64,000 bases of DNA from Octopus bimaculoides (Eukaryota): the NCBI RefSeq assembly GCF_001194135.2, contig NC_068981.1, positions 189,105,557 to 189,169,556 of the forward strand. The letters run 5' to 3'. Shown piece after piece: positions 13,331 through 24,500 of the stretch (the stretch's first letter is position 1; each line of letters opens with the position of its first letter). The notes below the pieces were generated by a model. That model saw nothing but the letters and a program-made list of their open reading frames with translations. It was not told the origin of the DNA and did not search any database. A program made the translations under genes and the position numbers.

Positions 13331-13640
13331 TGTGTGAGGGCTTGTGTGCCTCAGTAACTCTGAGAAGTATGCCTGCAGAGCAGAAACTCCTGGCAGGGCC
13401 ACATGTGCTTCATATGTCAAAGGAAAGAGGCTCAATTAATATGGACAACCTCTTCCTACAGGTGAAAATGGATTTGAACAGGGCCATCAATGAGTAAAAA
13501 TCAATGTTTCAATGTTATAGAAGCATCGATGGCGAATCAAAACCAACAAGACCTGGGAGAAAGATTGCCCTGAGTCAAGAACACTGGAGAAAAGTTGTCA
13601 AAAGCCTACGCTCTACAGGGAGTGAAGAGCTTAAGTATGT
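13331..13640 (+). mobile_element. Internally deleted RTE-like element: 5' UTR-like segment joined to a 3' end
   Basis: GAGGGCTTGTGTGCCTCAGTAACTCTGAGAAGTATGCC...CTCCTGGCAGGGCCAC resembles RTE (Rex3/Expander-type) 5' ends as I recall them. AAAGCCTACGCTCTACAGGGAGTGAAGAGCTTAAGT resembles RTE 3' ends. Confidence 0.45.
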
Positions 13641-13940
13641 GAGGATAAGGATTTAAGTAAAGAAAAGACTTGGCAAATATAAAATACACAACCACCAACT
13701 TTCAAATCTTCACCTGTAGAATAGTCTTTTAACTCTTGCACAACAATTCCATATAGAAAAATACTAAATGTAGAATGACTCCAAAATTACTGCACTAAGG
13801 AAGCAGTTTACAAAATATCCTATGATATTCACTCTCAGAAGTAGCCTAAGTTAGCAATGTGATAACAAAACTACACTTAGGGCAATGGTTTATCTGGAAT
13901 TATTCTAGAAGAGACCATAGGAAATATATATATATATATT

Positions 13941-13977
13941 TTTGTAGACAGAAACTGAAAGAAGCCTGCCGTGTATA

Positions 13978-14033
<56 letters not shown>

Positions 14034-14226
14034 TGGGTGTTTGTTCCATCGCCATCACTTGACAATCAATGCTGGTGTGTTTACGCCCCCGTAACTTAGT
14101 GGTTTGGCAAAAGTGACTGGTGGAATAAGTACTAGGCTTACAAAGAATAAGTTCTGGGGTTGATTTGTTCGACTAAAGGTGGTGCTCCAGTATGACCACA
14201 GTCAAATAACTGAAACAAATAAAAGA
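13941..14226 (+). mobile_element. SINE family A, 5'-truncated
   Basis: GAAACTGAAAGAAGCC...(GT)n...GACTAAAGGTGGTGCTCCAG...GAAACAAATAAAAG. Confidence 0.85.
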
Positions 14227-14704
14227 AAATATATACACATACACACATATAAATAGCAGAAACTCACCACAAGGTGAGCGCACAGCAGGAGAGATCTTGA
14301 GAGAAAGAACTCCCATCTGACAAGTGTTTCAGCCCTTACACTTGACACTCTATAGGAGCCAGGCCCATCCAGGTCATGATTCCTAAGTGTCCACCTGCTG
14401 CTTTCCAAAGTCGTGTCTTCAGCAGGATTTGAACTTGGGTCATTCTTTTGTTCCCAAGTCTGTGTTTCAGGTCACCAGGCCACTCTGACTGATGAAGAAA
14501 CCAGTTCTTCCTACTATTCTTGTAAAGAAACAATGGAATCCATAACCAGGTCCTTTGGTCATTCCTCTTCATTGATATCCACATTGAGCTTTTGTCAGTA
14601 ACATCAGACAAGTGTTTAACTGTAGCAGTTCTTCTGTGACGTTTGATACCCAAGCGTCCAAGTAGCTGACAGGTTGATGCAGTCACAAATCCTTGTGATC
14701 CAAC

Positions 14705-14742
<38 letters not shown>

Positions 14743-14746
<4 letters not shown>

Positions 14747-14900
14747 TTGCTGTGCAGTTAAGAAGCTTGCTTCACTACTACATGGTTTTTGGGTTCAGTC
14801 CCACTATGTGGCACCCTTTGAAAGTGTCTTCCACTTTAACCCCTTGCTGACCAAAGTGAGATGAGTTGGTAGATGGAAACTGCAAGAAGTTAGTCATGAA

Positions 14901-14935
<35 letters not shown>
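14743..14935 (+). mobile_element. SINE family A, 5' half
   Basis: GGGTTCAGTCCCACTATGTGGCACC...GGTAGATGGAAACTG. Confidence 0.75.
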
Positions 14936-14937
<2 letters not shown>

Positions 14938-15370
14938 GAGAGAGAGACAGACAGATAGAAAGAGACCTTGTCTTGACATCATGTTGCAAAATGTCATTGG
15001 ATTCTGCAAAAAACACGTCTAACCATGGGGAAATATTACCTTGCTTGGAAACAGGTAAGGATTGGCAACAGAAAGAGCATTCAGCTGTAGAAAATATGCC
15101 TCAATAAATTTCAGCCAATCCATGCAAGCATGGAAAAGTGGACACTAAGATGACAATGATATGCAATCTTGCCTGTTTATATATACAGAACAACATTTTC
15201 CAAAATATCTTTTCCTAATTTCAGATCATAGCATGCAATTTGAAGGAAATTTGGCTGCTATATCTAGCAGGTGAAATATCCACATAGAATCCTTATCCTC
15301 ATTGGCACAGAGAAAACTTTGTTATTATGACTTCCTCGGTCATTTGTAGCTAGAACAAAACTAATGATTA

Positions 15371-15867
15371 TTTACATCTGATGGATATTTGTCCTCATCT
15401 CGTTTGTTGTTAACACAATGTTTCAGCTGATGTACTCTCCAGCCTTCATCAGGTGTCTTGGGGAAATTTCGAACCTGGGTTTCCATTCCTAAGGTATTTT
15501 TCCATGTTGTTGTTATTATTATTATTATTATTATTATCATCATTATTATTCAGGTCACTGGCTGGAATTGAAATTGGAATCTTGAGGTTAGGTAGCCCAT
15601 GCTCTTAAACCCAAAATTCCGAGTTCGATTCTAGGCAGTGACCTGAACAACAACAACAACAACAACAGCAACAACAACAACAACAACAACAACAGCAGCA
15701 GCAGCAGCAGCAACAAAAACAACAACAAAAACAACATCAAAAAATACCTTACGAATGAGAACCAGGTTCGAAATTTCCCCAAGACACCTGATGAAGGCTG
15801 GAGGGTATATCAGCCGAAATGTGTTAACAACAAACGAGATGAGGACAAATATCCGTCAAATGTAAAG
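15371..15867. repeat. Long inverted repeat (foldback): two head-to-head copies of a Penelope-like/SINE-like element
   Basis: 15371-15590 is the reverse complement of about 15606-15867 (e.g. GATATTTGTCCTCATCTCGTTTGTTGTTAACAC versus GTGTTAACAACAAACGAGATGAGGACAAATATC), with a spacer of about 15 bp. Confidence 0.9.
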
Positions 15868-17493
15868 AGATAACAGTTCAATGTTATTCTCCATACTATA
15901 TATTAAATACACAAGTAACATTAATATTTGTAACAGTTATTTAGTTTTCTAATTATATGCCAACCGAATCAGATAGTGGAACCCATCTTAATTTGTTTCT
16001 ACCCATTTTCAGCAAAATACAGAAACCATTCATACAAGCTAACTGCTTAATTCTTATACTAATATCTATTTCAATTGTAGTCTGTTCACCAAATTTTCAC
16101 TAAATCTCTGCAAACCCTTATTCTCAGAATATCCCTTTCCATCTGTTCTTCCCTTATTCCATTTATTCTTTGCTGAGAACCTCTTACATCTTGGTTTAAT
16201 AAAAAGGTTTGGGCTTTGGCTTCATACAAAGGTGTCAAGATTCACATCTTTACCCCTTTTTTAAAAAAATCTATTCATTATTCTAATGCTTTGAATTATT
16301 TCTTCTGTATTAGCTGGGGTTTTATTCTTCAAGTTTCAGATTATGCTGCTCTAAATATATATTTCCTTTCTAAAGTAATTATTCACACAAGATAGCATAT
16401 TTTCCACACTAACCTTTCTTTCAGTCAGTCTACTTTACTACATTTTCAACACATTCTATGCAAAATCTTTCCTTATTATTCATAGATTATCTTTCTCCAT
16501 CTATTCTTTCCCCATTCAATTTCTCCACTCTCCAACTGTGAACTTTATACTTGAATGCAATACTTATCTGCTCTTAATAGCCTCTTGCACACTTTTTCAC
16601 TAAGCAAGAAAATGGTTTGCAGTGATGTCAAATTCATCTGTAAGAGGAATATTACTTTCAACAGACATTTCCTCAATTTCCAAATTAATATAACTCCTAA
16701 GCAGAAAGTTGATATTATAGCCTATGATGTGCAATGTGAACTTGAGAGGTAAATCATTGATATTCAGCCCTTTGCTGGCCTCATCAAGCAGACCTGATCA
16801 AAGGTACCCACACCATGACTGTCCTGTTTATCAGGTATAGTGTATCTTGGTCTAATATGTAACTAAATCCTTTTTTTGCTTTTCAAATGGTAGCTTGTGG
16901 TTTGAGGAAAATTTCTCTACTATATCTACAAGGTCAAACAACCAAAAGAGATTCCTTCATTAGCTTCTAAAAGACAAATACAATTAGGAAGTACAAGTAT
17001 GGCCTGATATATAAACTCACAACACATATTTATGAGCATTATTTGAAACGGTATAAAGAGTTTATAGTAAAACAGACGCAAAAGAAAGGGATATAAAAAA
17101 AAAGCAATGTAAAACTGGAAAATTTAATTGGATAAAGATGAGAAATGTTGAAAATGATGAATAAAAATTACAAAAGTAGAGGCGAATGACTATTTTGTTA
17201 TATAGACCGAACAAACTCACATTACAATGGAAATATGGGTATTACAATCGAAATAGTATTATGAAGCTGATGTAATCATTGGAATGTTTGTTTCTTAGTC
17301 ATCATCACCGTCATCATTTAATGTCTATGGTCTATGCTGGCATGGGTTATTCAAATGTATGCCCCCATGCCATCCACATTTTCTAACTGCTTATTAATTT
17401 TATATCACATTTTGTACAAATATTAACAAATGAAGTTATTAATCAATAATATAGATAGCTACAGATTTTGAAAATACTCAATAATACAAGGGA

Positions 17494-17877
17494 TAGGAAT
17501 GGCTGTGTGATAAGACATTTGCTTCTCAACCACATGGTTCTGGGTTCAGTCCCACTGTGTGGCACCTTGGCCAAGTGTCTTATGCTATAGCCACTGGCCA
17601 ACCAAAGCCGTGTGAGTGAATTTGGTAGACGGAAACTGAAAGAAGCTCATTGTATATATATTTGTGTGTGTGTTTCCACTATCACTGCTTGAAAACTGGT
17701 ATTTGTGTGTCTATGTTCCCATAACTTAGTGGTTTCGCAAAAGAGACAGATAGAAAAAGTACCATGCTTTAAAAAAGGCATAAGTACTGGGGGTCAATTC
17801 ATTTGACTAAAATTCCTCAAGGCAGTGCTCCAGCAAGGCCGTAGTCTAATGACTGAAACAAGTAAAAGATAAAAGAT
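17494..17877 (+). mobile_element. SINE family A, full length
   Basis: Head GGAATGGCTGTGTG...GGGTTCAGTCCCACTG through tail GAAACAAGTAAAAGATAAAAG. Confidence 0.9.
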
Positions 17878-18564
17878 ATTTAATATCATATCTATGATGG
17901 CGAGGGTGCAAAAGAGTTGCTGCACAACCTTGACAAAGCAAATGTCAAAGGGGAATTTAGTTTGCAAACACTAGTGTATCTTGCTATTTATGCATCAGCA
18001 ACATACACCCACACTCGAGGCTTTTGCATAGTTTTCTCTCAATCAAATTTCTCTCACAAAACATTGGTCAACTAAAGGATATAGTAAAAGACACCAGAGA
18101 AGACACTAAGGTGCCACAGAATGGTATTGAATCCAACATCAGTATTTGAGAAGTGGATGACTGTGCTCACAGGAAATGATAACAGGAATTGAACTGAATC
18201 AAAAATCATGTTTCCTTCTTGCAGAGCTACCATAGAAATTGTAAATATTAATAGCAATTATAAAATCCAGTCAAATGGCCAACTATTGAGTCCACCACCT
18301 TCATAGATTTTTCAATGGGATTGAAAAATCCAAGTTGATGATCCAAGTTGCTGGAAATTGTTTTTACTTACTTAAGTCAAGAATATTACACTGATGCTGT
18401 TTCCCAATACTACTCATGTATGCTAGAAGAGACTGGGTGCAAAGGTCCCCAACAGATTTGCCATCATGTAGATTAGGGACTCAAATGCATAATTCTTCAG
18501 AAGGCTGTGTAATCAGTTGGTATATAATCCAGTAGTCTGTTCTCTTTCTCAATTCATGCCCTAC

Positions 18565-18775
18565 TTAGGCAGTGAGCTGGCAGAAACGTTAGCACGTCGC
18601 GCAAAATGCTTTGCAGTATTTCGTCTATCTTTACATCCTGAGTTCAAATTCTGCCATGGTCGACTTTGCCTTTCATCCTTTCAGGGTCAATAAATTAAGT
18701 ACCAGTTGCGTACTGGGGGTCAATCTAATCGACTGACTCCCTCCCACAAAATTTCAGGCCTTGTGTCTAGAGTAG
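18565..18775 (+). mobile_element. tRNA-derived SINE, family B
   Basis: GGCAGTGAGCTGGCAGAAACGTTAGCAC...GAGTTCAAATTC...GTCGACTTTGCCTTTCATCC; recurs at 20710, 22360 and 59750. Confidence 0.85.
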
Positions 18776-20707
18776 AAACGAATTCATGCCCTACTTCAGC
18801 AAGCACAGAATTGCAAATGAGCCACTGGATAGTTTCAGCTGGGCTCTCTACAGACAAATTCAGTCATATAGCTTCATTTCTTTCTATTGTCTTCTGTTCA
18901 CATCACAAAATATAAACATTATGAAAATGAATTTCTGAACAAGCAATCATAGAAAAATGTTTACATTTAATCATATACAAAAATGAGCAACTTTATTAAT
19001 ACATTGTTCCAAAGTAATGTTATAAACCTGTACACAACAGGTTTATGGAAGAAAGTGCTAATTTAAAATTCAATCAATCTGACAATTCAGAATTAATAGT
19101 GAAACTTATCCAGATTTGTAAATAATTCACACCAATCAGACGCCAAACATGTGAAACCAGGAAGTAATTAAGTGATGCTATTCCAGAATGCAAGAAGTTG
19201 ACCCTTCACTCAAAAGCTAAACTTTAAAAATTTTTCCAAATTCCCTGAGGAATACTGCTTCTAAATCTTAAGAAGATTCAACATCTTAAGTAAACAATAT
19301 AATTAAAATGCATTGTCTATTGTCACTCTTTTTCTCTTTATTATTGTGCTGTAATTATTAATAATTGATTACTTTTTAAAATTTTCCTGTTCTCTACAAC
19401 AATATATATGACAAACTCTTTTGAACAAAATATATTTTCAAAGAATCTATATGCACCACGTAACTTTGTAAAAATATAAGAAGAGTTCTAAAATATTTCT
19501 AGTTTCTATAAAAGATTGCTTTTATCTTCAAAAATATCATATTTAAAATAAAAAATTATCTTAGTTTTGTACAATCTTGAATGATTGATCCAGAAGAAAG
19601 CTGCACAGATCAACTATTCATATTTAACATTCCACTGGATTGTATCTTTTTTACTGCTTATCTAGGGTGTTTCTGGTTGAGTATTTTCCATATGTAACTA
19701 TTGAAATCTATGGAGACAAATTTCAATGCTATGGACAATGATACCACAGACACTAACAAATTCTGTTCAATTCTATTTTATACATCTTGATATTTTTTTT
19801 AATAAAGAAAGATAAGATTTGTTCAAGATGGAATGTATATAAATATAAACACTAAAACTATATAATATGATGCAATCCTAAATCATAAGGTATAATATTA
19901 CCAAAAACAAGTTGACAAGTTGAAAAATCTTCATTTTTCTTATAATCTATTCAATATTAAACAAATATTTAGGATAAAGAACAACTGTTCCTTAATATTA
20001 AATGGGTAATTATCACAAATTCAAGTCTTAAAACATTGTTTCTTTAGATAAAGAAAGAGTGGTGGTCCTAGGAAACAAAGAAACAATAGAAAGTATATGT
20101 AGAAGCATCAAGAAATATGTAAGTTTTCATTAAAGATGCATCTTGAAACAAATACAGTTACAAACAATAGGGTTAAAACCTTTTAAATTGGGGGTGGGGG
20201 AGCATAAAACTGCCTGTGGGACATGAGCTACACATCCATAACCCAGACAAGCATGCTACCAATTACATTGAGTAACTTTCTGAAAGGCTTATCGGGTATT
20301 AAAGTGAGCAATGAAGTAAGTCTACAAAGAAAACGAATGGTATCTCCATATACTTTCCATTGGCCAGATTTCACTTAAAAGATTTTGGTCAACTTGGGGC
20401 CACAGAAGAAAATATTTAAGGTACCATACAGTAGGACTGAACCCAAAATAAACGTCATGAAGTAAACTGAACTTTTTAAGTATATATTTCTACCTGTTGC
20501 CCATGACCTGCTAAATCTTAGTAAAACCTAGGTTGTTCATCATCATGAGGAGTTCTCTAGTAACTGTACAGAGTTTTCTGTATGTTAGCCTGCTTGTGGG
20601 GAAAGTAAAGAGATTTTGGTCTTACATGGCAGAGATACCATACAACAAAAACACATGCCTGCAAGGCACACATCTCCCTGAAATCCTGCAATACTGTAAG
20701 ATGTCTA

Positions 20708-20915
20708 AAGGCAGTGAGCTAAGAGAAACATTAGCATTCTGGTCAAAATGCATAGCAGCATTTCGTATGTATTTACATTCTGAGTTCAAATTGAGTAGAG
20801 GCTGACTTTGCTTTTCATGGTTGATAAAATAAGTACCAGTTGAACATTGGAGGTCGATGTAATCAACTTAACTCCGCTCCTGAAACTGCTGGGCTTTTGC
20901 CAAAATGTGAAGCCA
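20708..20915 (+). mobile_element. SINE family B
   Basis: GGCAGTGAGCTAAGAGAAAC...GAGTTCAAATT...GACTTTGCTTTTCAT. Confidence 0.75.
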
Positions 20916-21195
20916 ACATTTTAAGATATCTGCAATCAATGCTTTCTGGAGATCTTTGAAAGAAACAGCAAACACCATTGCCTGGTGAAAGCAAGTAAGA
21001 GTGATTGGCTTGAAAATAGTGAGGTTAAACTTGATGGTGGTGGTAATGTCAGTGGTTAATTATTTCCAGGTTTAACAACTAAATGTTCACCTTATAAATT
21101 GCCATAGATTATAAAATAGAATATTTTGCTTCATTATCTATTTCACGCATAATTAACAAATTATGATAAGTTACATGTTTCATTCAAGAAAGTTA

Positions 21196-21365
21196 TCATC
21201 ATCATCATCATCGTCGTTTAACGTCCGCTTTCCATGCTAGCATGGGTTGGACGATTTGACTGAGGACTGGTGAAACCAGATGGCTACACCAGGCTCCAAT
21301 CTGATTTGGCAGAATTTCTACAGCTGGATGCCCTTCCTAATGCCAACCACTCCGAGAGTGTAGTT
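21196..21365 (-). mobile_element. SINE-like family D, 3' part
   Basis: (CAT)n-CGTTTAACGTCCGCTTTCCATGCTAGCATGGGTTGGACG..., near-identical to the copy at about 55890-56065 in opposite orientation. Confidence 0.9.
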
Positions 21366-21764
21366 AATGTAAGAAAAATCCTGTAAACCTATGTTTTCTC
21401 AAAATCATGCAAATACATATTGCAAATAATTACCTGAGATGATAGCTATCACAGGAGCACAGATGTTTCAAACTGCAACCATCAGTTATTTCCATAAATA
21501 ATTTTGCTGATATCGAATCATATTATTTATAACCAGATTAATTATGCTGCATTATCTTCATCAGCATCAAGTAATTATTCAAATATTAAGTGATGACCAT
21601 TTAAGCTTGCAACAGCATATCAACATAGTAATAGCTGCCAACTGACCTGTATGGCAGGTTAAAATATGTAAATTGCATACAGATTCACAAATAAAGTATC
21701 AGTGATGAGTGTGTCACATTTTAAGCAACACATCTCAATAACTTGCTAAAATATACGTATATAC

Positions 21765-22070
21765 ATGTGAAGGTGCATGGCCTAGTGGTTAGGGTGTTGC
21801 CCTCACAATCACTAGATCGTAGGTTTGATTCCCAGACTGAGCAGTGTGTTGTCTTCTTGAGCAAAATAACTTCACTTCATATTGCTCCAGTTCACTCAAC
21901 TGTAAATGGGTAACCTTGCAAAGGACGAGGCTTCCAATCAGAAGGAATGCTGGCCTGCTTGCCTAGCCAGTAGTGCGACATCATTTAAAAGCTAAAATAA
22001 TACAAAGTGCACTGTGACCAGTGATGTGTAACAACAACCGATAGACTGGTTGATCACGTGACACACACAC
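21765..22070 (+). mobile_element. SINE family C
   Basis: GAAGGTGCATGGCCTAGTGGTTAGG...GGTTTGATTCCC (A/B boxes)...TTCTTGAGCAAA. Confidence 0.75.
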
Positions 22071-22359
22071 ACACACACACTGGATGATAATTAAGTCACT
22101 GTTTATTAAAATACATTTCATTTTCAAAATTTAATAGACTCTACAGACAAAATTAGATTTTTTTTATGAATACTTGTTTCAAACCAATGACCATTCTGTT
22201 CCTGGAACTGCTGATAGCACAAAGCAATGGAATTGCAAGCATCTAGAAACATTCTGTTTAGCATTTGTACATATTCTCATTCAATGGTTGATCTCAATTC
22301 AATTGTTGCCAGATTTGTACTGTAAAGCTTTATCTCTCCTTTTTAAATATTCTTTTCTA

Positions 22360-22556
22360 CTGTAGGTACAAGGCCCAAAATTTTTGAGGAGGGGGCTAGT
22401 CGATTAGATTGGACCAGTATACAACTGGTACTTAATTTATCAACCCCGAAAGAATGAAAGGCGAAGTCAACCTTGGTGGAATTTGAACTCAGAACAAAGT
22501 CAACCTTTGTGGAATTTGAACTCAGAACGAATTCCACCAAGGTCAACTTTGCCTTT
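22360..22556 (+). mobile_element. Rearranged SINE family B fragment (internal duplication plus inversion)
   Basis: GTCAACCTT(G/T)GTGGAATTTGAACTCAGAAC occurs twice in tandem, followed by its inverted copy TTCCACCAAGGTCAACTTTGCCTTT. Confidence 0.75.
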
Positions 22557-23369
22557 ATTAAGTACTTCCCCTTCACCAAAAATTTGAAGTACAAAACTGT
22601 CTTTGTACTTCAACTGCATTTTCAAACTTTACAGTAAATTTCCTTTGTTCAAAGCTTAATCTGGATTCCTTCATTATTTCTAATAGATTAAATCTAAAAA
22701 GAAGTGAATATTAAATGAGTTAACAGTTAAAGTGTGTATATAAGGTTTTGGGACATCCTGTATGTGTGTGTGTGTGTAGTAAATTTGATCAATTTCAATT
22801 ATTAGCAACAAAAGCTGTTGAAGATCAAATAGAAAAAGTAATGCTATAACATTCGTTTAAACATGTCATTTTTACTTAAGCTGTAACAAACACTTAGAAA
22901 CATAGGTTTATCATAACTGCAGATGAACAAGTCTTAGAAATTGTTTGTCAATGGCAATCTAGAAAGGTTGTGGCAGAAGCAAGAAAGACACAGAAAAGAA
23001 AAAGGAAAGAGGAAAAAAAATCATAAAAAATTCACAAGTATCTGATTCAAATAATTTCAAAGGTGATTTGTAAGAAATATATGCAAGCTGAAACAACTTC
23101 AGTTTTTAGTAGATTAAGAACTGAATCCCTTTCCATCAGTTTACTCATATGTAAAAAGCATTACATAATTGTTTACATTTTTTCCCTAACTATAAACATT
23201 AATACTCTCCCTCTGAAAAGCTCTATAAACCATATCAACAGAGAAAATTTGAATTGTGCAGTATAAAAAGCTTCTATATATTTCTCTCAAACTTTAAAAG
23301 CTAATCAATAGACAATTTCTTCAGCCATTCTTTATTTAGTGATAGTTCCAATGTTGGTGGCATGTTAAA

Positions 23370-23545
23370 GGCACTTGGTACACCTTGTGGAGTGGTTGGT
23401 GTTAGGAAGGGCATCCAGCTATAGAAACTAAGCCAAAACAGACTGGAGCTTGGTACAGCTCTCCAGCTTACCAGTTCGTCAAACCACCTACCTCATGCCA
23501 GCATGGAAAATGGATACTAAATGATGATGATGATGATGATGATGA
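23370..23545 (+). mobile_element. SINE-like family D
   Basis: GGAGTGGTTGGTGTTAGGAAGGGCATCCAGC...CATGCCAGCATGGAAA...(GAT)n. Confidence 0.85.
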
Positions 23546-24076
23546 TTTTTGCTTTCTTTTCAATATATTCTCTACCAATCTCTGCAAAGTCACCAAAACA
23601 AACTTAAAAACAGAAAACTTATATTCAGTATATTAGAAGAAACATCAAGTTTCAATGGATGCAGGCTTGGCTTTGTGGTTAAGGTTGCTTTGCAACCACA
23701 TGGTTTCTGGTTCAATTCCACTGCATGTCATTTTGTCTAGTGTCTTCTACTATAACCTCATGCCAACCAACACCTAATGAATGAATCTGGAAGTCATGCA
23801 TGTGTGTACATGCATGTATGACTGTAGATATCCCAAGCAGTTGAACACAACAACGGTTTGATGGTTGCATTCCCCACTGATATTATAACTGGTCACTGTT
23901 TTTGAAGACCAATGGAAAACATAAGAGTTGATGGTGGGGAGAACATCCCACCCAGCAGTTAAATCCTGCCTCAAATAAGTCCCTATCTAACTCATGTTAG
24001 CTTGAGAAAACAGATGTCAAATACATGAATGAATGAACGATAACTAATCTAATGAATATCTTTTACTAATTTAATC

Positions 24077-24500
24077 NNNNNNNNNNNNNNNNNNNNNNNN
24101 NNNNNNNNNNNNNNNNNNNNNNNNNNNNNNNNNNNNNNNNNNNNNNNNNNNNNNNNNNNNNNNNNNNNNNNNNNNNNNNNNNNNNNNNNNNNNNNNNNNN
24201 NNNNNNNNNNNNNNNNNNNNNNNNNNNNNNNNNNNNNNNNNNNNNNNNNNNNNNNNNNNNNNNNNNNNNNNNNNNNNNNNNNNNNNNNNNNNNNNNNNNN
24301 NNNNNNNNNNNNNNNNNNNNNNNNNNNNNNNNNNNNNNNNNNNNNNNNNNNNNNNNNNNNNNNNNNNNNNNNNNNNNNNNNNNNNNNNNNNNNNNNNNNN
24401 NNNNNNNNNNNNNNNNNNNNNNNNNNNNNNNNNNNNNNNNNNNNNNNNNNNNNNNNNNNNNNNNNNNNNNNNNNNNNNNNNNNNNNNNNNNNNNNNNNNN
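24077..24500. other. Assembly gap (424 N)
   Basis: Run of N. Confidence 1.

Noticed and set aside
7642-22319. Resemblance of WFET to the Rab G5 motif (WFETSAK) and of IQIAFDSITD to the G-alpha C-terminus (IQFVFDAVTD)
   Set aside because: The two hints point to different families, no G1/G3/G4 motif exons were found, and matches this short are expected by chance. No gene symbol assigned.
22174-22319. In-frame TGA as possible selenocysteine
   Set aside because: No redox motif context, no SECIS identified, and the exon itself is unproven.
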